Source: an uncultured Methanoregula sp. (GTDB lineage: Archaea > Halobacteriota > Methanomicrobia > Methanomicrobiales > Methanospirillaceae). Taken from it: 64,000 nucleotides of DNA. The stretch lies in NCBI GenBank assembly GCA_963677065.1, contig OY781872.1, positions 241,419 through 305,418 on the forward strand, written 5' to 3'. This document shows, one piece after another, positions 8,099 to 16,741 of this stretch; the stretch's first letter is position 1, and every line of letters starts with the position of its first letter. The notes under the pieces are model-generated. The model saw only the letters and a list, made by a program, of their open reading frames with translations. It made no database searches and was not told where the DNA came from. Made by a program: the position numbers and the translations under genes.

Positions 8099-9574
8099 TC
8101 ACATATCGAAATACAGGTGAAACTCCCACGGGTGGGGCCGGAGCCTGACCGCATCGATCTCCGAACGTTTGTACTCGATCCAGACATCGATGACATCCTG
8201 GGTGAAGACACCGCCTTCAAGCAGGAACTTGTGATCCGCTTCGAGTGCATCGATAGCCTGCTCAAGTGAGCCGGGAACGGTCGGGAGCTTTTTTGCCGCC
8301 TTTCCTTCGAGTTCGTAAGTATTGCCTTCAAACGGCTGTCCGGGATCGATTTTTTTCTTAACCCCATCGATACCTGCCATCAGCAGGGCCGAGAAAGAGA
8401 GATACGGGTTGCACATAGGGTCCGGGGGCCTGAACTCGATCCGTTTCGATTTGGGATTCTCCGAATACATCGGAATCCTGACTGCCGCGGAGCGGTTCCG
8501 GAGCGAGTATACAAGGTTGACCGGAGCTTCATAGCCGGGTACGAGCCGTTTGTACGAGTTGGTTGAAGGTGCGCAGAATGCCATGAGTGCATTTGCGTGC
8601 TTGAGGAGCCCGCCGATATAGTACTTAGCGGTCTGGCTTATCATGCCGTATCCCTTTGCATCAAAGAAGAGATTTTTTCCTTCCTTCCACAGGGACTGGT
8701 GTGTGTGCATACCGGATCCGTTATCTCCGAAGAGAGGCTTGGGCATAAATGTCGCAACCATGCCGAACTCCCGGGCCATATTCTTAACAATATATTTGTA
8801 CATCATGCAGTGGTCTGCCATCTTGACAAGAGATCCATAACGCATATCGATCTCGTTTTGTCCGGCAGTCGCAACTTCATGGTGATGCACCTCGACAGGA
8901 ATACCGGTCTCGATCATTCTGAGAATCATCTGACTCCGTATGTCCTGGAGCGAGTCATGCGGAGGTACCGGGAAATATCCTTCTTTGTAGCGCGGCTTAT
9001 ACCCAAGATTCGGCTGCTCGTCCCGGCCGGAATTCCAGCTGCCCTCCATTGAGTCTACAGAATAAAATCCCTGGTTGACCGTCTGAGAGTATCGTACATC
9101 ATTAAACAGGAAGAACTCGTACTCCGGCCCCCAGAAACTTTCATCTGCAATACCGGTTGATTTGAGGTATTCCTCCGCCTTGCGGGCAATAAACCGGGGG
9201 TCACGGGTGTATGCCTGTTTCGTAAGAGGATCAAACACATCACAGATGATCGAGAGCGTGGGAACTTCACAGACCGGATCGACAACTGCTGTGGAGGTGT
9301 CCAGATAAAGGAGCATGTCGGACTCCTGGATCTTCTGGAATCCCCGTATGGATGAGCCATCGAATCCAATCCCATCCGACCAGATCCCGGCCTTCGGATC
9401 CGAAGAACCATTCAGTTCTGAGGCCGGGATTGAGAAATGCTGCCAGAGGCCAGGAAGATCATTGAATTTTAAGTCGACAATCTGGATATTTTTCTTTTTG
9501 ATAAGAGCGTGAACACCACTTATCTGTTCTTTTGTCATTTCTGACTGTTTTTTTTGTTTAGTTGCATGTGCCAT
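8099..9574 (-). CDS. glnA: glutamine synthetase, type I (beta-like, enterobacterial type)
   Basis: Colinear with my recollection of E. coli GlnA: [72 protein letters not shown]. The ATG at 9574 has an upstream GGTG. The alternative ATG at 9538 aligns better with the canonical N-terminus. Confidence 0.95.
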   Translation of the reverse strand: MAHATKQKKQSEMTKEQISGVHALIKKKNIQIVDLKFNDLPGLWQHFSIPASELNGSSDPKAGIWSDGIGFDGSSIRGFQKIQESDMLLYLDTSTAVVDPVCEVPTLSIICDVFDPLTKQAYTRDPRFIARKAEEYLKSTGIADESFWGPEYEFFLFNDVRYSQTVNQGFYSVDSMEGSWNSGRDEQPNLGYKPRYKEGYFPVPPHDSLQDIRSQMILRMIETGIPVEVHHHEVATAGQNEIDMRYGSLVKMADHCMMYKYIVKNMAREFGMVATFMPKPLFGDNGSGMHTHQSLWKEGKNLFFDAKGYGMISQTAKYYIGGLLKHANALMAFCAPSTNSYKRLVPGYEAPVNLVYSLRNRSAAVRIPMYSENPKSKRIEFRPPDPMCNPYLSFSALLMAGIDGVKKKIDPGQPFEGNTYELEGKAAKKLPTVPGSLEQAIDALEADHKFLLEGGVFTQDVIDVWIEYKRSEIDAVRLRPHPWEFHLYFDM

Positions 9575-9928
9575 TCTAACACCAATCCAACATACGGAAG
9601 CACTGATAAGGTGCTCAATGCATGTGCAAACCAGGTCAGGGATTCCTGTATGCCAGATCTGCACCAGTAAATATCTTTCAAATTGGAAATATTTAAATAT
9701 GCAGGAACGAATATTCTTTCCTACAAATCTTACCCATGGATCAGGAGAGGAAAACAGACATGATGATTTCAGGCATGAGGGGGAACACCGGTTTTTGGGA
9801 TATTCCGAATTACCGGTCCCTCTTGTGCACCCACATGCAGAGTTCTTCCCCGATCAAAAGCAACGGTCCGGAACCAACCGGTCTGGACTGGAGCAAACAT
9901 TACAGTATGTTCATTACAGGTGAAATGA

Positions 9929-11146
9929 ATGGCAATTGATTCAGGAGCAACAGCATGGATCCTCGCCTCAACGGCGCTCGTCATGATCATGACGCCGGGC
10001 GTTGGTCTTTTCTACGGGGGTCTTGTCCGGAAGAAAAACTTCATCAACATGATCACCCTTTCGTTCGTTGCCTTTGCACTCGTCAGCATCCAGTGGGTGC
10101 TCTTCGGGTACTCGCTGGCATTCAGCAATGATCCCACAAGTTCGTTCAACGGGTTCATCGGCAACTTACAGTATCTCGGATTAAACAATGTGGGCATGGA
10201 TCCCGGGCCGTACAGTTCGGTAATACCAGGTCTTCTGTACATGGTCTTCCAGCTGGTCTTCGCAACAGTGACCATGGCCATAGTGACATCGGGATTTGCA
10301 GAACGTATCAAGTTCAGCTCGTACCTCATCTTTGCACTTCTCTGGACCACGATTGTCTATGATCCGCTGGCCCACTGGGTGTGGGGCGGTGGCTGGACAG
10401 CCCAGTTCGGCGCAGTGGACTTTGCAGGAGGCACGGTCGTCCACATCAGTTCGGGTTTTGCGGCGCTTGCGCTTGCGATCGTGATCGGCAAACGTGTCGG
10501 ATATGGCAAGTACGCCATGGAACCGGCCAACATCCCCTGGTCGATTCTCGGTGCGGCACTGCTCTGGTTTGGCTGGTTCGGATTCAACGCGGGTAGTGCA
10601 GTTGCAGCAAACGGCCTTGCATCCGTTGCATTCGTTACAACCAACACGGCAGCTGCAGCAGGTGCCCTTGCATGGATGCTCGTTAGCTGGGCTCACGGCG
10701 GCAAACCAAGCTCGCTCGGGTTTGTCAGCGGTGCAGTAGCCGGTCTTGTCGCGATAACTCCGGCAGCAGGTTACGTGACACCAATGGCATCGATCATTAT
10801 CGGGGCAGTAGGCGGTATACTGTGCTACAGCATCATGCTCTGGCGCCAGAAGAAAGGTGTTGACGAAAGCCTCGATGCCTGGGCAGTCCACGGTATGGGC
10901 GGCCTCTGGGGCGCCCTTGCAACCGGTATCTTTGCCGTGGCATCCATCAACGGCATATCGGGCCTGATTGAGGGTAATACAAACCAGTTCATTGCACAGC
11001 TTGTCGGTGCCGGTGCGGCGGTCATCTACGCATTCGTAGTTACCTATATACTCGCGGTTATCATCGACAAAACGATCGGATTGCGTGTATCGGAGGAGGA
11101 AGAATATGTCGGACTTGACATATCGCAGCATGGGGAACGGTGCTGA
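9929..11146 (+). CDS. amt: ammonium transporter (Amt family)
   Basis: 405 aa multi-TM protein with [36 protein letters not shown] and [10 protein letters not shown]. Confidence 0.95.
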   Translation: MAIDSGATAWILASTALVMIMTPGVGLFYGGLVRKKNFINMITLSFVAFALVSIQWVLFGYSLAFSNDPTSSFNGFIGNLQYLGLNNVGMDPGPYSSVIPGLLYMVFQLVFATVTMAIVTSGFAERIKFSSYLIFALLWTTIVYDPLAHWVWGGGWTAQFGAVDFAGGTVVHISSGFAALALAIVIGKRVGYGKYAMEPANIPWSILGAALLWFGWFGFNAGSAVAANGLASVAFVTTNTAAAAGALAWMLVSWAHGGKPSSLGFVSGAVAGLVAITPAAGYVTPMASIIIGAVGGILCYSIMLWRQKKGVDESLDAWAVHGMGGLWGALATGIFAVASINGISGLIEGNTNQFIAQLVGAGAAVIYAFVVTYILAVIIDKTIGLRVSEEEEYVGLDISQHGERC

Positions 11147-11491
<345 letters not shown>

Positions 11492-11535
11492 CAACACATC
11501 CATAAAAACACCTCTGTCCTAAATCACATCCGCTT

Positions 11536-11567
11536 CCGGCCCGGGAAAATCCCCCGGGCCGGTTTTT
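11536..11567 (+). terminator. perfect 10-bp GC hairpin followed by T5, after glnK
   Basis: CCGGCCCGGG-AAAATCC-CCCGGGCCGG followed by TTTTT. Confidence 0.55.
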
Positions 11568-11725
11568 AAAAAACTGATTCGGAGCAGGAAACACCGGAGA
11601 CAGAATGTATGGTTGTCTGTAGCGGAATCATGTCTGCAGGACAAAAAACACCACGGGATTTCTTCTTTTCTCATGACAGATCCACCCTTTCCCGAAGGGT
11701 CCGGATCGGGAAGTGAAAACCGGTT

Positions 11726-12073
11726 ATGAAGATGATATGGGCAGTCATCCGGCCAGAGTCGGCGCAAAAGGTGATAACCGCTCTCGATACCGCCGGGATC
11801 GGGGGGATGACCCGGCTCCACGTAACAGGGCACGGCAGGGAGATGGGAATTGCCCTTGGAACAGTCCGTTATACGGAAATTCCCAAGGAGATGCTGATGC
11901 TCGTTGTTCCGGACAATGAAGTAGCAAGAGCGGTGACAATCATCCGGTCGGAAGCAAAGACCGCTGCGAAGAGTACACTCGCTGAAGGCTCAATCGGCGA
12001 CGGAAAGATCTTCGTTACCTTTGTTGATGATTCATTCCCGATTCGTACAGCTGGAAAAACCGGCGGAGCATGA
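11726..12073 (+). CDS. PII-superfamily protein, NifI1-like (second copy, outside the nif operon)
   Basis: 115 aa, MKMIWAVIRPESAQKVITALDTAGIGGMTRLHVTGHGRE...[11 protein letters not shown]. It parallels the nif-linked NifI1 at 53568-53894. Confidence 0.75.
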   Translation: MKMIWAVIRPESAQKVITALDTAGIGGMTRLHVTGHGREMGIALGTVRYTEIPKEMLMLVVPDNEVARAVTIIRSEAKTAAKSTLAEGSIGDGKIFVTFVDDSFPIRTAGKTGGA

Positions 12074-12525
12074 AAATGAAGCAAATCATCGCCATCCTCC
12101 GGGAGGAACAGGTTGAGAATACCAAACAGTCCCTGCTCGCCATAGGAATTATGGGAGTAACCTTCCTGTATGCCACCGGCCGAGGCCAGCAAAAGGGGAA
12201 AGTCAGCGCACGGGAACTGGGTAACACATTAACCAGAAATATGAGGATGCAGCTGGTAAACGCCCCTTCCAGGAATGGCGCACCGGAAGCCGGAGCCGGA
12301 ATAACCGGATCTGCAGATCACATGGATACTGAGTTCTCGTTCGGGTTTTTGCCAAAACGGATGCTCATCATCGTTGCATACGATGAAGATGTCAACCGGA
12401 TCGTTCAGGCAATCGTGGATGCCAACCAGACCGGCCGCCATGGCGACGGGAGGATCTTCATCTGCCCGATGATCAGTGCCATGCGGGTCAGAACCGGGGA
12501 GCTGGGCGATATGGCCCTGTCATGA
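12070..12525 (+). CDS. PII-superfamily protein with a long T-loop insertion, NifI2-like (second copy)
   Basis: 151 aa with an ATGA overlap with the preceding gene. MKMKQIIAILREEQVENTKQSL...ATGRGQQKG, then a long insert, then RHGDGRIFICPM...RVRTGE. The architecture matches NifI2 at 53900-54325. Confidence 0.7.
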   Translation: MKMKQIIAILREEQVENTKQSLLAIGIMGVTFLYATGRGQQKGKVSARELGNTLTRNMRMQLVNAPSRNGAPEAGAGITGSADHMDTEFSFGFLPKRMLIIVAYDEDVNRIVQAIVDANQTGRHGDGRIFICPMISAMRVRTGELGDMALS

Positions 12526-12658
12526 AAAGGGTGAATCATACCCGTGGGAAAAAACCGGTTCGATCTCAAGAGCCCCCACAACATCATGGTGAACACATCA
12601 GAACCTTCATTATGATTTGGTCCTGAAATGCAGGGAGTGGGAAGACACGCACTTCCAT

Positions 12659-12946
12659 GCTAATCCGGGCCCCGTACGGGCTCCGATTGCCCAGAACCGG
12701 ATCCGGGTGCGGGGTTCCACGAGAAATGATGCCAACAAAAATGGAAAAATAACCATTTTTTACCCTGTTTTAAAAAATAATCGCAATTTAACGAATTCAA
12801 GCGTGCAATATAGCGGCCTTCCCGTGGCCGTTGTTTTTGGCACCTGCAGTATCCCGTCCGGGCAGAGAAATGCCAGCAGAACGCGAATATGACCGTTTTT
12901 CAAATTCACGTCGGAGAATTGTGGGCCGATTGGGGAATAATACGAC
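12659..12946. repeat. dispersed non-coding repeat, copy 2
   Basis: Full-length alignment with 4641-4928 in the same orientation. It lies between the convergent amt-glnK-nifI-like unit and the minus-strand small-protein operon. Confidence 0.8.
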
Positions 12947-13142
12947 ATATGCGGGTGAAGCTTCCCGCTGAGCCGCATCGCTTGGTCATGACTTTGGAAT
13001 CATGCCGGCAGGATTCTGTTTTTCAAAAAGTCCGGGAAGGCAGATGCACCGCGGAAAACCCGGCAAATTTTTTGTCGTGTGGGACACCGCCCGCACAGAA
13101 AAATTCTGATTCACGTTTCTTTAAAAAAAATAAAAAAAATCT

Positions 13143-13355
13143 TTATTCCTTCGCTCTCAGCGAATGAATCTTGATTATCCCGGCGCAGGACTTGCAGGTA
13201 TAGAACTCGTCCTTCCAGCACTTCTCGCAGCCCCACCGGCCGCAGAGCACGCACTGCCGGAGCTCCGAGACCGCGTGCGGCGTATTGCAGAGATCGCAGA
13301 TGTACCGGGAGAAACTCCCGGACTCTTTTGACGGCGGCTCTCCCTGCTTGCGCAT
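13143..13355 (-). CDS. small zinc-ribbon protein with four CxxC pairs (hypothetical)
   Basis: The ATG at 13355 gives 70 aa, avoiding overlap with the upstream gene. The ORF extends to 13472. Cysteine pairs are CDLC, CVLC, CEKC and CKSC. It is the last gene of the operon. Confidence 0.5.
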   Translation of the reverse strand: MRKQGEPPSKESGSFSRYICDLCNTPHAVSELRQCVLCGRWGCEKCWKDEFYTCKSCAGIIKIHSLRAKE

Positions 13356-13401
13356 GACCGGGATCTGCTCTTTCAAATCCCGGAAGAGATCGCCCGTTGG
13401 A

Positions 13402-13758
13402 TTACTTTTTGGCGGTTCCTTTCGAAACAAGCTCTTTTTCAACACGGTCAAGCCGGGCCTCCAGCTGCACAAGATCGTTCTGCATCTCTGCTTCGAATTT
13501 TTTCAGGTCAGCAAGACGGGCCTCGTCCTGTTCGAGCTCCTGGTACTTCGCTGCCTTGAAACTGCCGAGCTTCTTCTGGTCCACGAGCTGCCACTCTTCG
13601 ACCAGGCTCTGGAACCGGCGGTCGAGATACTCGTCCACCCTGCTCTCGATCGGGCGGGAGAGATCGATGTCGCCCTTTGCTCCCCGTATGTAATAATACA
13701 CAAGGAAGAGGATGACGACAAGGATGATGACGAGAATGATAAAGGTCAGAAGATCCAT
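13402..13758 (-). CDS. single-pass membrane coiled-coil protein, EEW-motif paralog (hypothetical)
   Basis: ATG at 13758 (GTG at 13767 also possible), 1 nt after the upstream stop. TM helix LLTFIILVIILVVILFLVYYYI, then DEYLDRRFQSLVEEWQL and a heptad-rich helix. Confidence 0.6.
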   Translation of the reverse strand: MDLLTFIILVIILVVILFLVYYYIRGAKGDIDLSRPIESRVDEYLDRRFQSLVEEWQLVDQKKLGSFKAAKYQELEQDEARLADLKKFEAEMQNDLVQLEARLDRVEKELVSKGTAKK

Positions 13759-13759
13759 C

Positions 13760-13981
13760 TCAGACACGCTCCTTCAGCCGCTTTGCACGGTTCTCGAGCT
13801 CGGTGAGCTTGTCCGAGGCCGCATGCGACGATGCTTTCAGGGACGGGATCTGCCGCTCGACTGCATCCAGCCGGCTCGTGAAATCCGCGATATCGATGGA
13901 CCGGGCAAGATCCCATTCCTCGACGATCATCTGCATCCGGCGGTCAACATAGGCATTGAGATAATCAGTCATGCCGATCAT
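13760..13981 (-). CDS. small soluble coiled-coil protein, EEW-motif paralog (hypothetical)
   Basis: 73 aa with an ATGA overlap with the upstream gene. Motif NAYVDRRMQMIVEEWDL. Confidence 0.55.
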   Translation of the reverse strand: MIGMTDYLNAYVDRRMQMIVEEWDLARSIDIADFTSRLDAVERQIPSLKASSHAASDKLTELENRAKRLKERV

Positions 13982-14289
13982 ACGGACTTCTCCAGCGAGG
14001 TTATGAGTTCATCCAGGTTTTTTGTCCGTTTCTCAAGCACGCTCTTCTCTGCGATCAGGTCGCTTATCTCGTTTGTCACGCTCGCGAGGCGGTTCTCCAG
14101 CTTGTGCAGGTCGGTCTCGGTCAAGAGCTCCCATTCCTCGATGACCGATGCGAACGTTGTATCGAAATAGGCATCGAGCGTCTTGTCCATCGAGGGGAGC
14201 CTCGACTCGATGGCACCGGGGAGTTCTGAGACCTGGTCCCAGAAAGCAGGGGCGGTCGGGTTCTGGTTCTGGTTTACTACCGGGTACAT
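13978..14289 (-). CDS. small soluble coiled-coil protein, EEW-motif paralog (hypothetical)
   Basis: 103 aa. The ATG immediately follows the TAA of the upstream gene. Motif DAYFDTTFASVIEEWELLTETDLHKLENRL. Confidence 0.6.
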   Translation of the reverse strand: MYPVVNQNQNPTAPAFWDQVSELPGAIESRLPSMDKTLDAYFDTTFASVIEEWELLTETDLHKLENRLASVTNEISDLIAEKSVLEKRTKNLDELITSLEKSV

Positions 14290-14691
14290 TTATTTCACCT
14301 TCTTCTCCTCTTCGCTGATCTTGCCCATCATGTTGTCGAGCTTCCTTGTCTTGACATAATTCTCAAGCCGGGTCAGCCTTGTCTCGACGAGCTTTTCCTT
14401 TGCAAAGATACCGGTCTCAAGAGTCCTGTTCTCATCCTCAACGGACCGGATATCTGCGGTCTGCTCCGGGGACAAGCGGGTGAACGGGAAGTTCTTGGCA
14501 TCCGCATGCTGCTGGAGCAGCTTGAGTTTGTCCTTCTCAAGTTCTATCTCAATCTGGCGGTTGGACGTTTTCATCAAGCGCACTTCACGGATCATGAGGT
14601 ACACGATGAAGATGCCGATAACTGCCAGGGCAATGATGATGACGGTATCGTTGATCACCGGGGCCTGGACGATAACGGTCGGGTCTGCCAT
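14290..14691 (-). CDS. single-pass membrane coiled-coil protein (hypothetical)
   Basis: 133 aa with a strong SD (GAGGTGAGG) before the ATG. TM helix VIIIALAVIGIFIVYLMI followed by a charged helical region. Confidence 0.6.
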   Translation of the reverse strand: MADPTVIVQAPVINDTVIIIALAVIGIFIVYLMIREVRLMKTSNRQIEIELEKDKLKLLQQHADAKNFPFTRLSPEQTADIRSVEDENRTLETGIFAKEKLVETRLTRLENYVKTRKLDNMMGKISEEEKKVK

Positions 14692-14747
14692 ATTACCTCA
14701 CCTCAATGCAACAGGAAATAATTTCATTCATTCCCATGCATCCTGTT

Positions 14748-15311
14748 TCAGAGCTCATCTTTTCCCTTCAGGCGATTCTTGACAGCAGCCGAGGTCTCGC
14801 CGGCAACTTTTCCGGCCGTGTCCGCTGCTTTTTTTGTTCCGGTCTTGACAGCATCAGCGGTCTTTGCAGCACCGGTCTTCACGGATTCTGCAACTTTTTT
14901 TGTCTGGGTTTTCACGGTGCCGGCAGTCTTTGCAGCCTCGGCCGAGACCGTTTCGCCTGTTTTACGGATCTTCGTGTCGAGCTTCCCGACACCTTCTGAA
15001 AATGACTTGTTGGCATCGCCGGCAGCTTTCTGCACCTTCTCCTTTAAGGGAGGCGTCCTCTTCACGGTCACTTCAGCGCCTTCCTTAAGGCCGAGGGCTT
15101 TCAAATCTTCCCCGCTGATGCGGACTTCGCCTTCCCCAACCATGCGGTCGGCGATCACGGTTACGGTAACTGTCTTCTTGCCGGCCTCGTTTACGAGGTC
15201 CACGTGATCTCCTTCAGCAATCCCAAGCTCGGTGAGCTTTGATTCATGGAGACGTACTCTCCCGTGGCTCGGGAACTTCCGCTCCTTTATGATCAATCGC
15301 AAGTCAGCCAT
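14748..15311 (-). CDS. CDC48/VAT-N-like (AbrB-related) double-psi barrel domain fused to a K/T/A-rich 11-mer repeat tail
   Basis: 187 aa. The N-terminal domain has two similar halves, GRVRLHESKLTELGIAEGDHVDLV and GEVRISGEDLKALGLKEGAEVTVK. The C-terminal tail has an 11-residue period: AAKTAGTVKTQ / TKKVAESVKTG / AAKTADAVKTG / TKKAADTAGKV. Confidence 0.7.
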   Translation of the reverse strand: MADLRLIIKERKFPSHGRVRLHESKLTELGIAEGDHVDLVNEAGKKTVTVTVIADRMVGEGEVRISGEDLKALGLKEGAEVTVKRTPPLKEKVQKAAGDANKSFSEGVGKLDTKIRKTGETVSAEAAKTAGTVKTQTKKVAESVKTGAAKTADAVKTGTKKAADTAGKVAGETSAAVKNRLKGKDEL

Positions 15312-15402
15312 ACTAGCTTACCTTCACCGGAATACGATATAGGTTTTGCGTATCCGGTATTGCAGAAAAATACCGAGTGTAAGCGGGAAAAGAGATTCGA
15401 AT

Positions 15403-15858
15403 TTACGATCCGGGAAGTTTCAGGGGAATTGTTGTGACGTGCACGAAGGGAATTTTCGGGGAGAGGCCGAGCAGGCTCAGCGTGGCAGTGCCTTTAACCC
15501 GGAGGGTGATCTTTCCTTTTGCTACAGTGAAGACGAGAGCGCTCATCAGTTTCATGTTGTTGAGGGTCACCGGGATGGTGATCTCACTCTCGCCTTTCTT
15601 CACCGCAATATCGTTCTCGCTCCCGCAGGTTAAGTACGTCCAGTTGTCGCCATCCTGGTAGAAGACATTGAAACTGAGGGTCTTGATCGTTACCCCGATC
15701 AGGTTCGGGTTCACCACCGAGAGCTTGACACCAAGCGAGAGTGAATCCAGGGACAGCGATGTGAGCACGACATCTTTCACATCGATCTTCGGATCCCTGA
15801 CAAAAAGCCCGCAGCCGGAGTGCGCTGTTCCCGCAGATACGAGGGAAAGCCAGATCAC
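15403..15858 (-). CDS. LEA_2 / LEA14-like (WHy) domain lipoprotein
   Basis: 151 aa with a GTG start and a short signal ending in SGC. All-beta pattern VKDVVLTSLSLDSLSLGVKLSVVNPNLIGVTIKTLSFNVFYQ, typical of LEA_2. Confidence 0.6.
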   Translation of the reverse strand: MIWLSLVSAGTAHSGCGLFVRDPKIDVKDVVLTSLSLDSLSLGVKLSVVNPNLIGVTIKTLSFNVFYQDGDNWTYLTCGSENDIAVKKGESEITIPVTLNNMKLMSALVFTVAKGKITLRVKGTATLSLLGLSPKIPFVHVTTIPLKLPGS

Positions 15859-15907
15859 AGAACCACCCGGAAGGGAGACATAAAAAAGAGATTGGACGGT
15901 TGCTGCC

Positions 15908-16471
15908 TTATGCAGCGGCCTGGGCCTTTTTCACCGTGAAGGAGTAAGCAATCGCGATGATACCCATGACAATGCCAAACGCACCGGCAATGAACGGCAG
16001 GAGTGCGGCGACAATGAGCGGCATGCACAAGAGAAGAAGACCGAAGATGATGCTGATTATCCCGAGCACAGCGTTTCCCGCATCCTTTGCAGAAAAGCCC
16101 TGGAACAGGTGGGCGGCCCCGATGAAGATGGCCCAGAACCCGACAAAGATGACGAAGAACGAGAGCACGAAGACGGTGCTGTACAGCGGGTAACAGAGGA
16201 TCACGATACCGGCGATTATGTTGATGATCGCAAGGAAGATCTTCCAGCCCATATTCGTACGGTCGACTGCAAGACTGCAGAGGGCAAACAGCCCGCCCAC
16301 GAGCCAGTACGCTCCCATGAGCGTGATCAACAGCACCGTTGTCATGCCGGGAGTTGCAAGCAGCATGCATCCGATCAGGAGGGTCAGGATACCCCAGACG
16401 AGGAGCAGCCACCAGGGAAAGAGTTTTGCGTCAGTTATATCCGGGACAACAGAAGGAACTACGTCAGCCAT
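15908..16471 (-). CDS. HdeD/DUF308 family membrane protein
   Basis: 187 aa with six TM helices and the repeated DUF308 pattern (WWLLLVWGILTLLIGCMLLATPG...). Confidence 0.75.
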   Translation of the reverse strand: MADVVPSVVPDITDAKLFPWWLLLVWGILTLLIGCMLLATPGMTTVLLITLMGAYWLVGGLFALCSLAVDRTNMGWKIFLAIINIIAGIVILCYPLYSTVFVLSFFVIFVGFWAIFIGAAHLFQGFSAKDAGNAVLGIISIIFGLLLLCMPLIVAALLPFIAGAFGIVMGIIAIAYSFTVKKAQAAA

Positions 16472-16741
16472 CAGTCTATCACATGTGAATCATACTCCGA
16501 TTAAGTATATCTAGACTCCGGTTTTTGTTCCCGACGGGCACGTGGCGCCGCCATCCCCGGGCCGGACAGGAACGTCAGGGTTTATTATCCATGCCGCCTA
16601 GAGACCATGTGAGGCCGGATATTTTCTTTTATACATCCAGTTGAGTGATCCTGGAAAATACCCGTCGGGGTACGTAAAAGACCCCCGCCCTGTCCATGAA
16701 CACCGTTCCCTGCCGTTTTGCAGGAAGAACCGGAGGAATCC

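Noticed and set aside
7885-8367. 160-aa ORF whose stop overlaps the LigT-like start (ATGA)
   Set aside because: Most of it overlaps glnA in another frame. The non-overlapping 210 nt (7889-8098) contain no ATG and only late TTG or GTG codons. The region also contains the T-rich glnA terminator. It is probably not a gene.
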